From assembly GCA_012026655.1 (NCBI GenBank), contig JAAILG010000303.1, forward strand, positions 1 to 64,000: a stretch of DNA of 64,000 nt, given 5' to 3'. Made by a program: the position numbers and the translations under genes. Shown here piece after piece: positions 52,791-64,000 of the stretch (the first letter of the stretch is position 1; every line of letters begins with the position of its first letter). Below the pieces are notes generated by a model. That model did not search any database and was not told where the DNA came from. It saw nothing but the letters and a program-made list of their open reading frames with translations. This stretch comes from Hydrolagus affinis (Eukaryota).

Positions 52791-53524
52791 TGAAGAAAGG
52801 ATGAACTCAATATGGAGCCCAACTCCTAGAAAGGGACAATCGAAAAGGTCCTGAACATAGTCCTACCCCTACAGTGCCTATTGCCACTGATGTACATATA
52901 TGGATTGGAATGCAGTTTATTCTGAGCGCGACAACTGGAGCTGTAGTTAAGTATAGATGTTTGCATCTGTGAGGCACCCAAACAAATTGCACTGGCCTGT
53001 GATTGAATAGTGAAGCAGGGAGGAACGCCTTCTTTTAACACATACAAAATCCTGATTGTGTTGGTTTTATCTTATTTATGGAGTTTTTGATAAATCTCGA
53101 CTTGCGTTACCTCCAGGGGATTCTTTCCCAGATTGCTGGGAACTGTACAATATCTGACCTTTGTTAATTTATTATCCGTGAACGTGGAACCCATAACCTC
53201 TCATGAACACAAGAAAAGGTAAAATCTTTCCTGTGGAGTTTAGCAAACCTTCCATGTGGCTTCACTCCTTGAGTCTCAGCCTCAAATAGATTCAACAGCA
53301 TCACCAGCAACCGGAGCTGCCACAAAACAGCTTGTAGTCTCACACATGTGATACAGTGAGATTTTTTTTAGGTGATATTTTATATTTCCTTTTTAAAAAA
53401 AATCACAGACACAATCAGGAACAACTGGAACTCATCACCGTTGTAATAACCTCCAAGGGGATACACTTTTTTTTAAAAAAGTCTATGTATTGAGTTATTT
53501 CTTGCTAAAATACTCAGTGATAAA

Positions 53525-53611
53525 CATGCCCAATGTTTTGCCCTGCCTGGAATTGAACTCAGATCTCTCGCTTGTAAGGCGAGTGCTCTAACTAGTAAGA
53601 TACAGGACTCC
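53525..53611 (-). mobile_element. SINE 5' head fragment
   Basis: Approximate reverse complement of the SINE head at 53701-53790. Confidence 0.75.
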
Positions 53612-53700
53612 ACATATAGCCAGTTGAAGAGGTTGAAGTGGTGTTGCCATAACAACCTGCTGTTTTTTATATAATTGCTCGACTCCGCCACTACCTGTAC

Positions 53701-54491
53701 TGGAGCCCTGTAGCCCAGTGGTTAGAGCACTTGCCTTATAAGTGAGAGACCTGGGTTCAATTCCAGGCAGGGCAAAACATTGGGCAAGCTTCCTTACTCC
53801 ACATGCCTAATAATAATGCCTCAAAAAAAAAATTGGTCATTTCAATCCACGGCTGATTGTGGAACACTGCTGTGTGCAATTGGCTGCAGCATTTCGCCCA
53901 CGTTCTCTGCTGCCTGGTTCTCACCGCACCAAACTTTGCTCCCTGATTATCCCAGTCCTTTGCAGACTTCACTGACTCCCTGTCCTGGAGAGGATCGATT
54001 TCAAGATCCTCACTCTTGTTTTCAAATCTCTCCACTCCTCTGCACCCTCCTACCTCTCTGACCTCCTCTCTCCCCAACACAGCACCTGTTGCTTTTGCTC
54101 CTCCGGTTCTGGTCTCCTCCTTGTCCCCCGAATCCTCCGCTCCACTATCAGCGGCCGTGCCTTCAACCACTACGCCCCAAAGCTCTGGAACTCCCTTCCT
54201 CACTCCCTTCACCTCGCCTCCTCTCTTCCTAGTTTCAGGTCTCAGCTGAAGACCTTTCTTTTCGACCGCGCCCTCGGTCACCTTTTTCCCCCTCCCCCTG
54301 GCTTGGGCCTGGTATCCGTTATTGTGAAGCGCTCTGAGATGCCATCTGGCATGGCGGACGCTATGTAAATCAAAGTTGTTGTTGTTGTATACGGTCAATT
54401 CATTTTACAGTATATTCTGTGAAGCTCTTTGAGACATCTAGAAGGCATGAAAGCGCTATAACAAATGCAAAGATTATTATTATTATTATTA
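53701..54491 (+). mobile_element. tRNA-derived SINE interrupted by an L2 3' fragment (53902-54388)
   Basis: SINE head and core run to 53901. The L2 segment encodes RLH*LPVLERIDFKILTLVFKSLH...APKLWNSLP...LKTFLF and ends in (GTT)n. The SINE then resumes (GTCAATTCATTTTACAGTATATTCTGTGAAG...GATTATTATT). Confidence 0.85.
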
Positions 54492-55214
54492 TTTGCTCAC
54501 CCGCCTACTCTTGCATTTGATTTAGCCTTTACAACATCTTTAAAATATCCTCAAATGCTTTACCAGAATTCACTGTAGTGTGATGAGTATATTTGTAGGA
54601 AAACAAGGTTAATATTGGCTACATTCCTGGACTGTACCACAATTGGTACCCTTATAAACTAAAATAATTTGCTGATTAATTATTGGGACATAGGCCGTTT
54701 GCAAGAAAGTACAATATCGGGTTTCAAGTTGCTCCACATAATGTATTTCAACACTGAGGGCTCTGGATGCACCAGGATAAAATAGTCATTTGAGGATGAG
54801 GAAACACTTTTTAAATGATTTGTTTAAGGATCGACAATCTGAGCTTTAGTTACTTGGTTAAAATAACAAGATAACATTCCAACTCTTCTCCAAATGAGCA
54901 AACCAACCATTAATTCGGGGACGGACGCAAAGATTCCTGGATCAACTCCGTTTGTAACATGATCTGCAATGGCATGATCTTGCATTTTGACAATGCACTT
55001 TAAAAGATATTCAAAAGATTGATGTACCCTTTATTGCATTGTAACCATGATCACCTTTAAACTAAAAAAAAGTCATATTTAATGGCTTCATATATAATTG
55101 TTCAAATGTTTTTGTAATAATATTTGCGATTCCCTCATGGTCCGATATGAGCTACCTTTTATCTCTTAAGAGTTTGTTTTAATTCAATGGATGTGAAATG
55201 AATACTATGATCTT

Positions 55215-55395
55215 GTAATAATCCCTAAAAAAAAATCAGTTATTTTCAATCCATGACACCATTTGTGGGACATTGCTGTGAGCAATTGGCTGCCTTATTT
55301 CGCCTACATAGTCAATTCACTTTACCGTATATTCTGTGAAGCGCTTTGCCTAGAAGACGTGAAAAGCGTTCTATCAAATGCAAGGATTATTATTG
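55215..55395 (+). mobile_element. SINE 3' half
   Basis: Core TGTGGGACATTGCTGTGAGCAATTGGCTGCC and tail AAATGCAAGGATTATTATT. Confidence 0.75.
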
Positions 55396-56609
55396 TATAG
55401 TTTCCAAATGTTATATGTAACATGCTTTTGCCAGGAAGATGAAACATTGTATTCTGCAATCATAAGGCCATGAACGCAGTGTGATTAACATCTAAACTGG
55501 AAACCCTACTACTAAACATCTGCAAAGCATCAATCACATAACTTTCTTTGTGTCTGCAACACTGAGTGTCAAGCTATGAAAGTTGAACTTTTATTATTTT
55601 TATTTGGGAATGCTCATTCAACATCAAAAATGGACAGTGTCATTTTGAATAATGGCACTGGGTAAATCACATTTCATTAAGAGAAACACAGCAAGGAAAT
55701 TTAATTTGAAGAACAAGAATTTACTACGTATAGTACTCCCCCCAAACTACAACCATTCTTACTTTTAAATGACAGGTAAAACTGATACATTTTCAGGAAG
55801 ATTTTAATCTAGAAGAATGTTTGATGCAATTATTATATCATCAGAAGACAAACCACGGAAGATGGGGTTTCACAGGTTTGTTTCCTCGCTTTCTGGGGAT
55901 ATTCTTTTCTATTTTTTCTTTGTTCAGGAAGTTCCTGCAGTCATTCAGTGCAATTTCTCAAAAATTAAATGAACTGATTATGGGAAGGTTATCAGAAGTC
56001 ACAAGTTCAATATATATTTGGCTGTACAAACTAGAACAATTGTATTGAAAAGAGCTTTTACAATTGAAGGAATTTAAAAGGTGACTAGGAGCACAAGAGA
56101 GGTGCCTACACACGTCTTTATTCTAGAAGACGTGAAAAGGCGCTATAACAAATTCAAGGATTATTATTATTTATTCTGATTTGGAACATTTTTCATACAA
56201 ACAGCACTCATATTGCAACATTGGGATTTGTTCGAATTGGTCACTTTTCCTTCAGAAGGTGGTTCTGACGCTGAAGATGTGACATTGGAAAATGTCCCCC
56301 AACCTACTGTACTGTATTTAAGAGCACACTGACACTTCAGTTACTTTTTTTTGCTACATTATCAATACATAAGCACTCTCTCCAAGGAAAAAGTTGGAAT
56401 AATGTTTCATGTCTAGGGAATGTTTGTGATTCAAAGATTAAAGATGCTACATACACATCTTTCTTTCTGCAATCCCTGCCTTCTTGGAACTATAGTCTAT
56501 ATATGTTTTGACATCCAATAAAGGATGAATGCATTACATTTCCTCTCTGCAATCACCCAGTAACCTGATTTACAGCGACCATAAACCAGTTGAATATAGC
56601 AAAAGAACT

Positions 56610-56975
56610 TTCAATTAGCGTTTTATAGCACCTTATATTGAAACGTTCAAAAGCGTTTCACAAGTGATTACTGTTAAGTGTAATGATTTTTTTGGTGGCA
56701 AACTCGATGGCTATTTTCCACCAGCAAGATCCCACAAACAGCCAAAGTGATACTTAATCTGGAGAATTTTTAGCACAAATCACTTTGATCAATGTCATTG
56801 GATCTTTAATACCCACCTGAAGAGAGGCAGAAGGGACAAAATGTCCTAATCTAAAAACACCATCTCTTACAATTCCCCAATACAGCATTGGAGACTTAGA
56901 ATAGATGAGTTCAAAGCTTGAACACGGGGACTTTAATCCCAAACCTTCTGACCTAGAACCATAAATAGTCATAAA
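56610..56975 (-). mobile_element. Old, degenerate Deu-domain SINE (SacSINE1/AmnSINE1-like)
   Basis: Motifs CAGCAAGATCCCACAAACAGC, GGATCTTT..T.CCCACCTGA..GAGGCAGA.GGG and GGGACTT.AA.CCCA.ACCTTCTGAC appear in the order expected for a reverse DeuSINE; recognised from memory. Confidence 0.5.
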
Positions 56976-58826
56976 CCAAGTTTATAAAATGGTTTACACT
57001 CAAAAAGAAACACACACAGGTTTGCATCAACATTGCACTTTACTATCAGTGAAACAGTACATGAACATTTACTAATATACATACCATCATTATAAGCAGC
57101 CATAGTAGTACATATACAATCAGAATTTTTTTTGTTGGGGATTAAAACTGAATAAATGCCATTTGACGTTATTACCGTGTCAGTTCATATTTTGCAACCA
57201 AAATGGTTTAACATTTAAATAACTTTATATAGTTCTAATTTTCAGATTCAAGTTTAGGATGTGTATGTCTTCACATTTAAGAGACCGATAGTCTCATGCC
57301 CAAAAACCTCCAAACTGCATAAAATGGCCTTTTCTTCTGCTTCCGGATGGTACAGTACATCCACATGCAAATACATCATTTCATCTCATTATGCGATTAA
57401 AACATTCAGTTCCAAACACTATTCAGGCCACTATAAACAGAAATTGAGAAAATGTGTCTTTGATAAGTAAAAAGGTCTTTTTCCAGGTATGAAAATATAA
57501 ACATACCATCCATTATACATGACTAAACACCCTCCCAAAGCTGTAACCACTGTTTTGTGTCACATACTGCATACAATAAATGGAGACACAATTTTGTCAA
57601 AATACACCCCTTTCCCTAATAAAGTAACCCAGGTGTCTAAATTTGTCTCTTAATCAGGGAACACCACAAATCATAAACCATTCTTACCACCTTTTGTCCA
57701 ATCAAGTCTTAGCCGTTCATTGCCACTGTGTGATGCAGACAGCCCTACTCTGCCAGCAAAGTATTTGGATAGATGAGAATTAATGTTTACTAAGCAGTTG
57801 AATTTATCTTTCTCCGTAATTTTTTTTAATTGCTTACATCTTCTGAAATATGTAAAAGTGTCTAGTGATACCAACAAAATGAGAACTTTTTGTTTTAAAA
57901 AAAACAGAAGGGAATACCTAAAATAAAACACAAAATCAATTGTGCAGCACAAGTGAATATTGAGGCAGAATGCCTTTGTTCTGATTTACCAGTGTCTGAA
58001 AGTGGTCACAAAAGCGAAGAGTGGCAAAAAAAACAACCAACAATTACAGACAGAATAATGATCAATTTCCACTGAAAAACAAATTCTGGGCAGATACAGA
58101 TGTACTAATAGTAAAGTTAAGGTATAGCGCTTCAAAGTCAAGGTGCATTTACACTTTACGTATCTCATAATACTGAACAGCATTCTGGCACCAACTGTCC
58201 TTAGCTTTTGGCGTAGCTTTCGGATGCCCATTTGCTTTTTGCAGGGGAAGGGTTTGAGTAGACTTAGAAAAGGACCATCGCCTCTCCAATAAATGCACAT
58301 GCAACAATTTTGAACTGGTACTTAAAACCGTTTTATGTTGTTACTTAGAAGGTAAATTAATAGTTATTTACACAACAGGAATATTGTCCAATGCAAAAAA
58401 CAAGACCTCTGAATCTCATCTCAAATCTATTTTTAAAACTTCTCACCAATTACAAAGTATTGTAAAAGGTTCGGAGATATCAATGCAAATGCACCTTGAA
58501 GCAAGGAAATGCTATGCCACATTTCAAGCAAACAAGTCATTTAATTTCAAATGACAACGTTTCCAATTTCTTGATTAACAGCAGTCATTACAATTAGAAA
58601 GTATTCTGCTGAGGTTCTCTGGTAGGTTAAAATTAGATCAAGTGTCCTCGATTACTGTATCAACACTAGTAATGGTGCAATAAACAGAATTCTCATCAGC
58701 GATTTAAAAGTGCAAGATGAAAATAGTCTTGATTTATCAAGTACTCATGGAAATGTGGAACAGTTTGTGTGCGCTCCAATGCAGTATTTATTTGGGGAAA
58801 CATTTATATAAAAAGGGTGGGATGCA

Positions 58827-60251
58827 TTAAAGCTTGGTGCCTGATCCCGATTTGGTCCGACGTTCCACATAGAACAAGATGTACGCCTTAGCCTTCACTA
58901 CAGTTTCCTCTTCAGTCAAAGTAACAGTACTGTCGTTGAAATGGAACCAGCGACCTTCATGGGTTGCATATGCAGTATAATGTCCAGAACCAACACTAAG
59001 AGGGGAAAAAAACAATATTACTTCACAGAATATGAATTCGTCCATCACTGATTTTGCTTTCTATAAAAACACAAGAATAACAACCTTACCAATCTGTATT
59101 AGATAACAAATAATTTGTGATTAAAAACTACAAACCAGTAAAAACAAGATTATGATTGGAACAATAGACATTCCAACACCACTTCCCTCTGCAAGACTGG
59201 AAAATAATAATAATCTATGCATTTGATACAGCGCTTTTAACATCTTCTAGACATATCAAAGTGCTTCACAGAATATACTATAAAGTGAATGGACTGTATA
59301 AAGTTTAAATTCTCAGCAATTATGTTACTGAAAAGGGGCTTGGTTCAAAATGTGCTTAAGAATTAAATTACAACAGACTTTTGAAAATTAACAAGTCAAA
59401 TCTTATGGAAGCTCCAGCAAGATACAGGTTAATTATTGGATGCAGAATAAAAATGGTTTCCCAACCTCACACGTACTTACCCTGATCCATGATGCACCAC
59501 TACAGCTGCAAGGTCATAAAGGCAACTATCAGGACCACTGTTTTCAGGCTAGAAAAGGACAAATGTAAGAGTCCATTAGAAGTATTAATGTACACCTCAT
59601 TAAGAGAGATATTAAGCACACCACATTCTGTCCTTACAAACTGAACCCCAATGGCAAGATAGTTAAAAGATTTTAAACTTTTACAGCTCAGTCTTTCTTC
59701 AATGTTCTTTGTTATTGTTGTAATTGGCTGCCATGTTTCACCCACAAATATACAGTCAATTCTCCTACTCTCCTTCCCCCTGCTCGGGTCCCCACCTAAC
59801 TGTCCAGCGCCTGGGGATGTCCTCCCGACATGAAAGGCACTCTATAAATGTAATTTGTTGTTGTTGTGGTTTTAATATTTCATGCAATTTGTACACAAGT
59901 TCTGTTATACACCTCCATCTGGATCTTGATAATGAGAAATACTCAGCATTTGAGGCCTCTTTTCATCAGTTTCACTTTAATCTCACTAAATAAATGTTCC
60001 TCACTAATAAGGGCAAATTTATTGATTGCACTGAACTGCGAATGCAGGATAAAAACTGCATTGAACAAATTCACAAACTAACATGACGTTGCAACTGCAG
60101 CAATGTTAACACATTTGATACACCTTTACCTGCTAAGCAGATGCTACTTTTNNNNNNNNNNNNNNNNNNNNNNNNNNNNNNNNNNNNNNNNNNNNNNNNN
60201 NNNNNNNNNNNNNNNNNNNNNNNNNNNNNNNNNNNNNNNNNNNNNNNNNNN

Positions 60252-60283
<32 letters not shown>

Positions 60284-63200
60284 GCAGCTGATAAAAATTA
60301 AAACTGGACAAATACCTCCAACAAGAAGCACTTCATGTCTAGGCCTCGCAGAGGAAATTCTACATATGTATCAATCTTGTTTCGTAAATATGCTGTCCAG
60401 TGAAATCTTTTCAGATGCAAACACAATACCTAAAATTCATGGGATAGAAAGATCACAAGAATTAGGGGACAATACAGTAGATTACACTGACCCATTAACA
60501 CCTGGATATTCTGGAACATTTTCAGAATGTGGGTTCAGGTGCAATCGGTTACGTGGATACACAACACTGGATTTATTTTTTAAGAAAAGTACAGGAAACG
60601 AAACACGGAACTAACCCTTGGCAACTTTTGAATCCAAAATTTTTTTGTGGACTTTTGTCGCTTTTTACATTTATGGCACATGTACAGCTCGGTTTCATCC
60701 AACTCTTCCAAGTCTGTGAAACTGCGTAGGCAATCTACAGGAAAACAGACTGCAATGAACAACTCTAAACATTGGGCAAGAACTGATTCAATAATAATCT
60801 TCTCACGCCTATTCACATACGTTGTGACATTACAAATCACCATTTATCAGACAGCTAGAGCTCCATTAATCTTTAAAGTCTGTGCTGACTAAGTAAACCA
60901 AAAATTACAGAAGGCTCAGCCAGTCATTCAATGCTTAATAAAATGTCCCTGGAGCCATAAAGGATGTATTACTCAGGCTCCAGAAGTTGCAGTTAAATAG
61001 AACAAAAGGTAATCCATTGGCAGTCGATTCAAAGTGTAGAATCAAAAAATTAACAAATGGTGGGATGGAAGATATCGACTTTTGGCAATCAGAAAAGTTT
61101 TTGTTTTCTCCCTCTTATTGCATTGAAACCCAAGCTTTCCAGTTAAAATGTACATGTGGTCCATTCAGATCTAAAAGAACGCAAACATGTGCACTGAAAA
61201 ATTTCAGCATCGATGAACCTAAGCAGCTGGTACCTTCTCTTGTTAGAAACCCTCAAACTACTTCCTTCCTCTTATCCACCACACTTACTTTCTATAAGCT
61301 TGCCCATTACTGCCGGAAAATTTATCCATTTTAGACTCTTATCTCCAGCATTTACACAAGTGAGAGCAACAAATTACATTTGTATTTGATGTTGGGAAGA
61401 CATCCTAAGGCAAAGGACAAAACATAGCCTTACCACGGAGAGTGCATATTGGTCCATTTTCCTGATTCTTGGATCTCTTGTTTCTGAACTGACTTGGGAT
61501 ATCTAGCGAAAGATCTAGAAGACAAAATGTTAATAGCATCTCATTACAATGTTTAGCTTTAGGAGTGGGGGAAATCACCTTACATATTTTACTTTTCCTG
61601 AAGGCAATCTATTCTCTGCGATTTATATGCGCAGAACTAATCTCTGATACTTTTGTTTAATCAATTTCTTATATACATATATATATATGTATATATACAG
61701 TAAAAGCCTGTTTATCCATGACCCGATCAACCGGATTGCTCGACCCCTTCCCCATTCCAGCAATCGCGAGTATGCTCACTTTGTGCATACGTGTGCACTT
61801 ATTAAACTTACGACTTATTTTTTTTTACTGAGTGTGCTAGGATCTTTATTGGGAAGTATCCATACAATATTCTGCTACTATTTAGTGTATTATTAATATG
61901 GTATGTTTTAAAATAAGTTAATTTTTTGTGTTGGGTTTTCGGCAAATTGCCATCCGATTATCCGGCAGTCAATTAGTCAATCCCCCGGAGCGTGCCAGAT
62001 AAACGGGCTTTTACTGTGTATATATGGCTGGGGAGAATGAATGAGGCCTGTTCCACTGTGGCAGACATCTTAACTGAACAGTCCTGCACACATGTACATT
62101 TCCAGTAGGGGGCATTTATGCTGGGGCCAATTTTAACACTGTTCCTGCCACCAGTTGAGATCAAGCCTGTGACATTCTCCTTTTTAAAAAAACAAATATG
62201 GAAACAGATTTCTTACCAAGGAATGGATCAAACTTTCTGGATTCGGTCCCACAAATTAAGCAATTTACTTCGTTCTGAAGTATTCCTCCAAATATATTTG
62301 TGACAACTGTTGAAGCACCATTTCTGAAAGTGAATGGAGCGCTATCACTGAAGGTAAAATTACAAAGCAGCAACTGTAATACATTGTAGCAATATCATAA
62401 CAGGTATAAACTACAAGATGAAGTATTCTGAACAAACTTATTTTTACATTAAAAAATATTTAAAAAATTAACTAACAAGTATTTTAAGGCAAGAACTGCT
62501 AGGAATATTTCCCTTCCCATAGCAAACTTTGCATGTTATGCACTTGTAATGAATTAATCTATGATCTACATAAGAAACATGAAAGAAGTAGTGCACTTTC
62601 AACTGTTTCCATCGTCTCCACAAGCACGAGCTTGTGATAACTCACGAGCATCTATGAGCACAATTAGCAAAAACACTCTTTTAAAGTTGGCGCTTTGTAT
62701 TGTTGTGTGTTGCAATTCATGTTACATCACTTAGAAAACAACAATAAGAAAATTATACCTGTATAGGCCTTTCACGTCAGGAGAACATACTCATGAAAAG
62801 GGACGATGTTACAATAAATGGAATGGGCAAAGTTAACTATGTACTAAATGCAAGAACAAAATGATAGAGAGGGAAAAACTGATTCAGGGACTTACATGCA
62901 GCATTTACTGCCTGGAGAGATGCTTGAGCTGCCTGGCGAAATAAATGACGTTGTCATACCATTGTAGCTCCGCTGAAGCTCTAAGTGCAGATGATCTAAC
63001 AGATATCGCATAAACTCATGAGCATCCTGCTGTTGATATCCCCTGCACAAACCATAGAAATGGAAAACATTGTGAATTAAATGAATCTGAATGCTATTTG
63101 TATTGAAATAGGTCAGTGAAACTAAGTTTGCATTAAGGTAGAAAAGACAAAATGCACACATTGAGTACTTCCTGAAATATATACAAAGCAAGAAACTTTC

Positions 63201-63696
63201 ATAGCCATTAGGTATTTGTGAAGAGGGGAAGAATCGGATGAATGTACCACTTATTTAAACCAATAGATTTCTCCTGGTTGCCTACCTGAAATTTGGCATG
63301 ATCTTCCAAATAACATAGAACAGAGATTCAGGACAAAATGCTGTCTGGCTTCCTTGCCATAAGGCACAGAGAGTTTTTCGGAATTCTTCTACCAAAGAAC
63401 TAGAACGTTTAGAAAAAAATGTAGAAAAAAATGTCATCTTTAATAAACTGAAGAATAATGTTTACATTAAATGCTCGAACTGTAAAGGTTAATGTAGATT
63501 GTGCTTAAGGTAAAAGTTTTCCCCACCAAACTTTTGTGCTCAGAAATACACTACCAATAGGCAAAGAAAAACAGTAACGTACACACTGTTGTCTCCCTGG
63601 CTCCTCGTGTGGTAAGTTCTTCTACCTGCAGTTTTACCACTTCGCAACTCCACTGCTGGGAGCTCTTTGAAGTAACAGCAGAACTGGTGAATGTTA
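58827..63696 (-). CDS. USP3: Ubiquitin carboxyl-terminal hydrolase 3, 3' portion (9 coding exons; 5' end lies beyond the window)
   Basis: Minus-strand exons 63696-63583, 63399-63286, 63042-62896 ([19 protein letters not shown]), 62323-62217, 61514-61434, 60734-60616 ([20 protein letters not shown]), 60429-60316 ([10 protein letters not shown]), 59548-59481 ([13 protein letters not shown]) and 58995-58827 (GSGHYTAY...WFHFNDSTV...AYILFY). USP His-box present and phases consistent. Confidence 0.95.
60152..60251. other. Assembly gap (100 N) next to a (TA)n tract in a USP3 intron
   Basis: Run of 100 N followed by (TA)n at 60252-60280. Confidence 0.99.
61698..62016. mobile_element. MITE, Tc1/mariner (pogo/Tigger-like), about 320 bp
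   Basis: TIRs CAGTAAAAGCCTGTTTATC ... GATAAACGGGCTTTTACTG (1 mismatch in 19), inserted in a TA-repeat context; no transposase ORF. Confidence 0.8.
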
Positions 63697-63816
63697 CTGC
63701 AATTTAGAAAAATTGAATCAGATCAATAATAGAAGTAACTCACGTCAGCATTAGGGACAAAACAAAGCTACCCAACTCAACAGCACACATCAATTAGCAG
63801 CGAAGTTACTAACTAT

Positions 63817-64000
63817 TGGAGCCCGTCGATATGGAAATTTTCTGATATCAATATATCGGTTTGCCCATATCGATATATACCGATATATCGATATCATGGT
63901 TCTTTTTGTCCTGCGCACACGCGCGCATTCGGAGGTGCGCGCGCATTTGGATATCGACAAGGTAAATTGAAGAAGTTCGCATTTTACCGATATAACCAAT
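63817..64000. mobile_element. Probable end of a CpG-rich non-autonomous DNA transposon, cut by the window edge
   Basis: Dense subterminal CGATAT/ATATCG repeats and retained CpGs inside a USP3 intron. Confidence 0.5.

Noticed and set aside
52894-52903. CArG-like ACATATATGG upstream of the FBXL22 ATG
   Set aside because: One mismatch to CC(A/T)6GG and expected by chance in AT-rich DNA.
53701-53775. tRNA-like sequence (also at 14306, 42758 and 44750-44828)
   Set aside because: Each continues directly into a shared SINE body and tail and is diverged; these are SINE heads, not tRNA genes.
53757-54398. 213-aa minus-strand ORF
   Set aside because: It is the antisense reading of the SINE/L2 composite and shows no independent gene features.
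60071-60614. ORFs spanning X residues
   Set aside because: Artefacts of the 100-N gap and (TA)n tract; partly antisense to a USP3 exon.

Overview
Vertebrate genomic DNA with compact introns. The tRNA-headed SINEs with L2-type tails, L2/CR1 fragments and Deu-type SINE remnants suggest a cartilaginous fish, possibly a holocephalan; this is inference. The + strand carries the 3' part of HERC1 (48 coding exons, 245-34009: SPRY, UBA-like, WD40, RCC1-like and HECT domains). The - strand carries the 3' part of USP3 (9 coding exons, 63696-58827) and the complete two-exon FBXL22 (52790-50642). Between FBXL22 and HERC1 lies a five-coding-exon gene (38897-35977, about 331 aa) encoding a CIART/CHRONO-family circadian repressor, with an E-box/CCAAT/GC-box promoter. 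USP3-FBXL22-><-HERC1 matches human 15q22, where I know of no CIART gene, so this copy may be a retained whole-genome-duplication paralogue lost in mammals. Other observations: a GC-AG intron, alternative splice sites, two near-perfect hairpins, nested and inverted SINEs, MITEs and a 100-N gap. Exon coordinates were read by hand from splice sites and reading frame.
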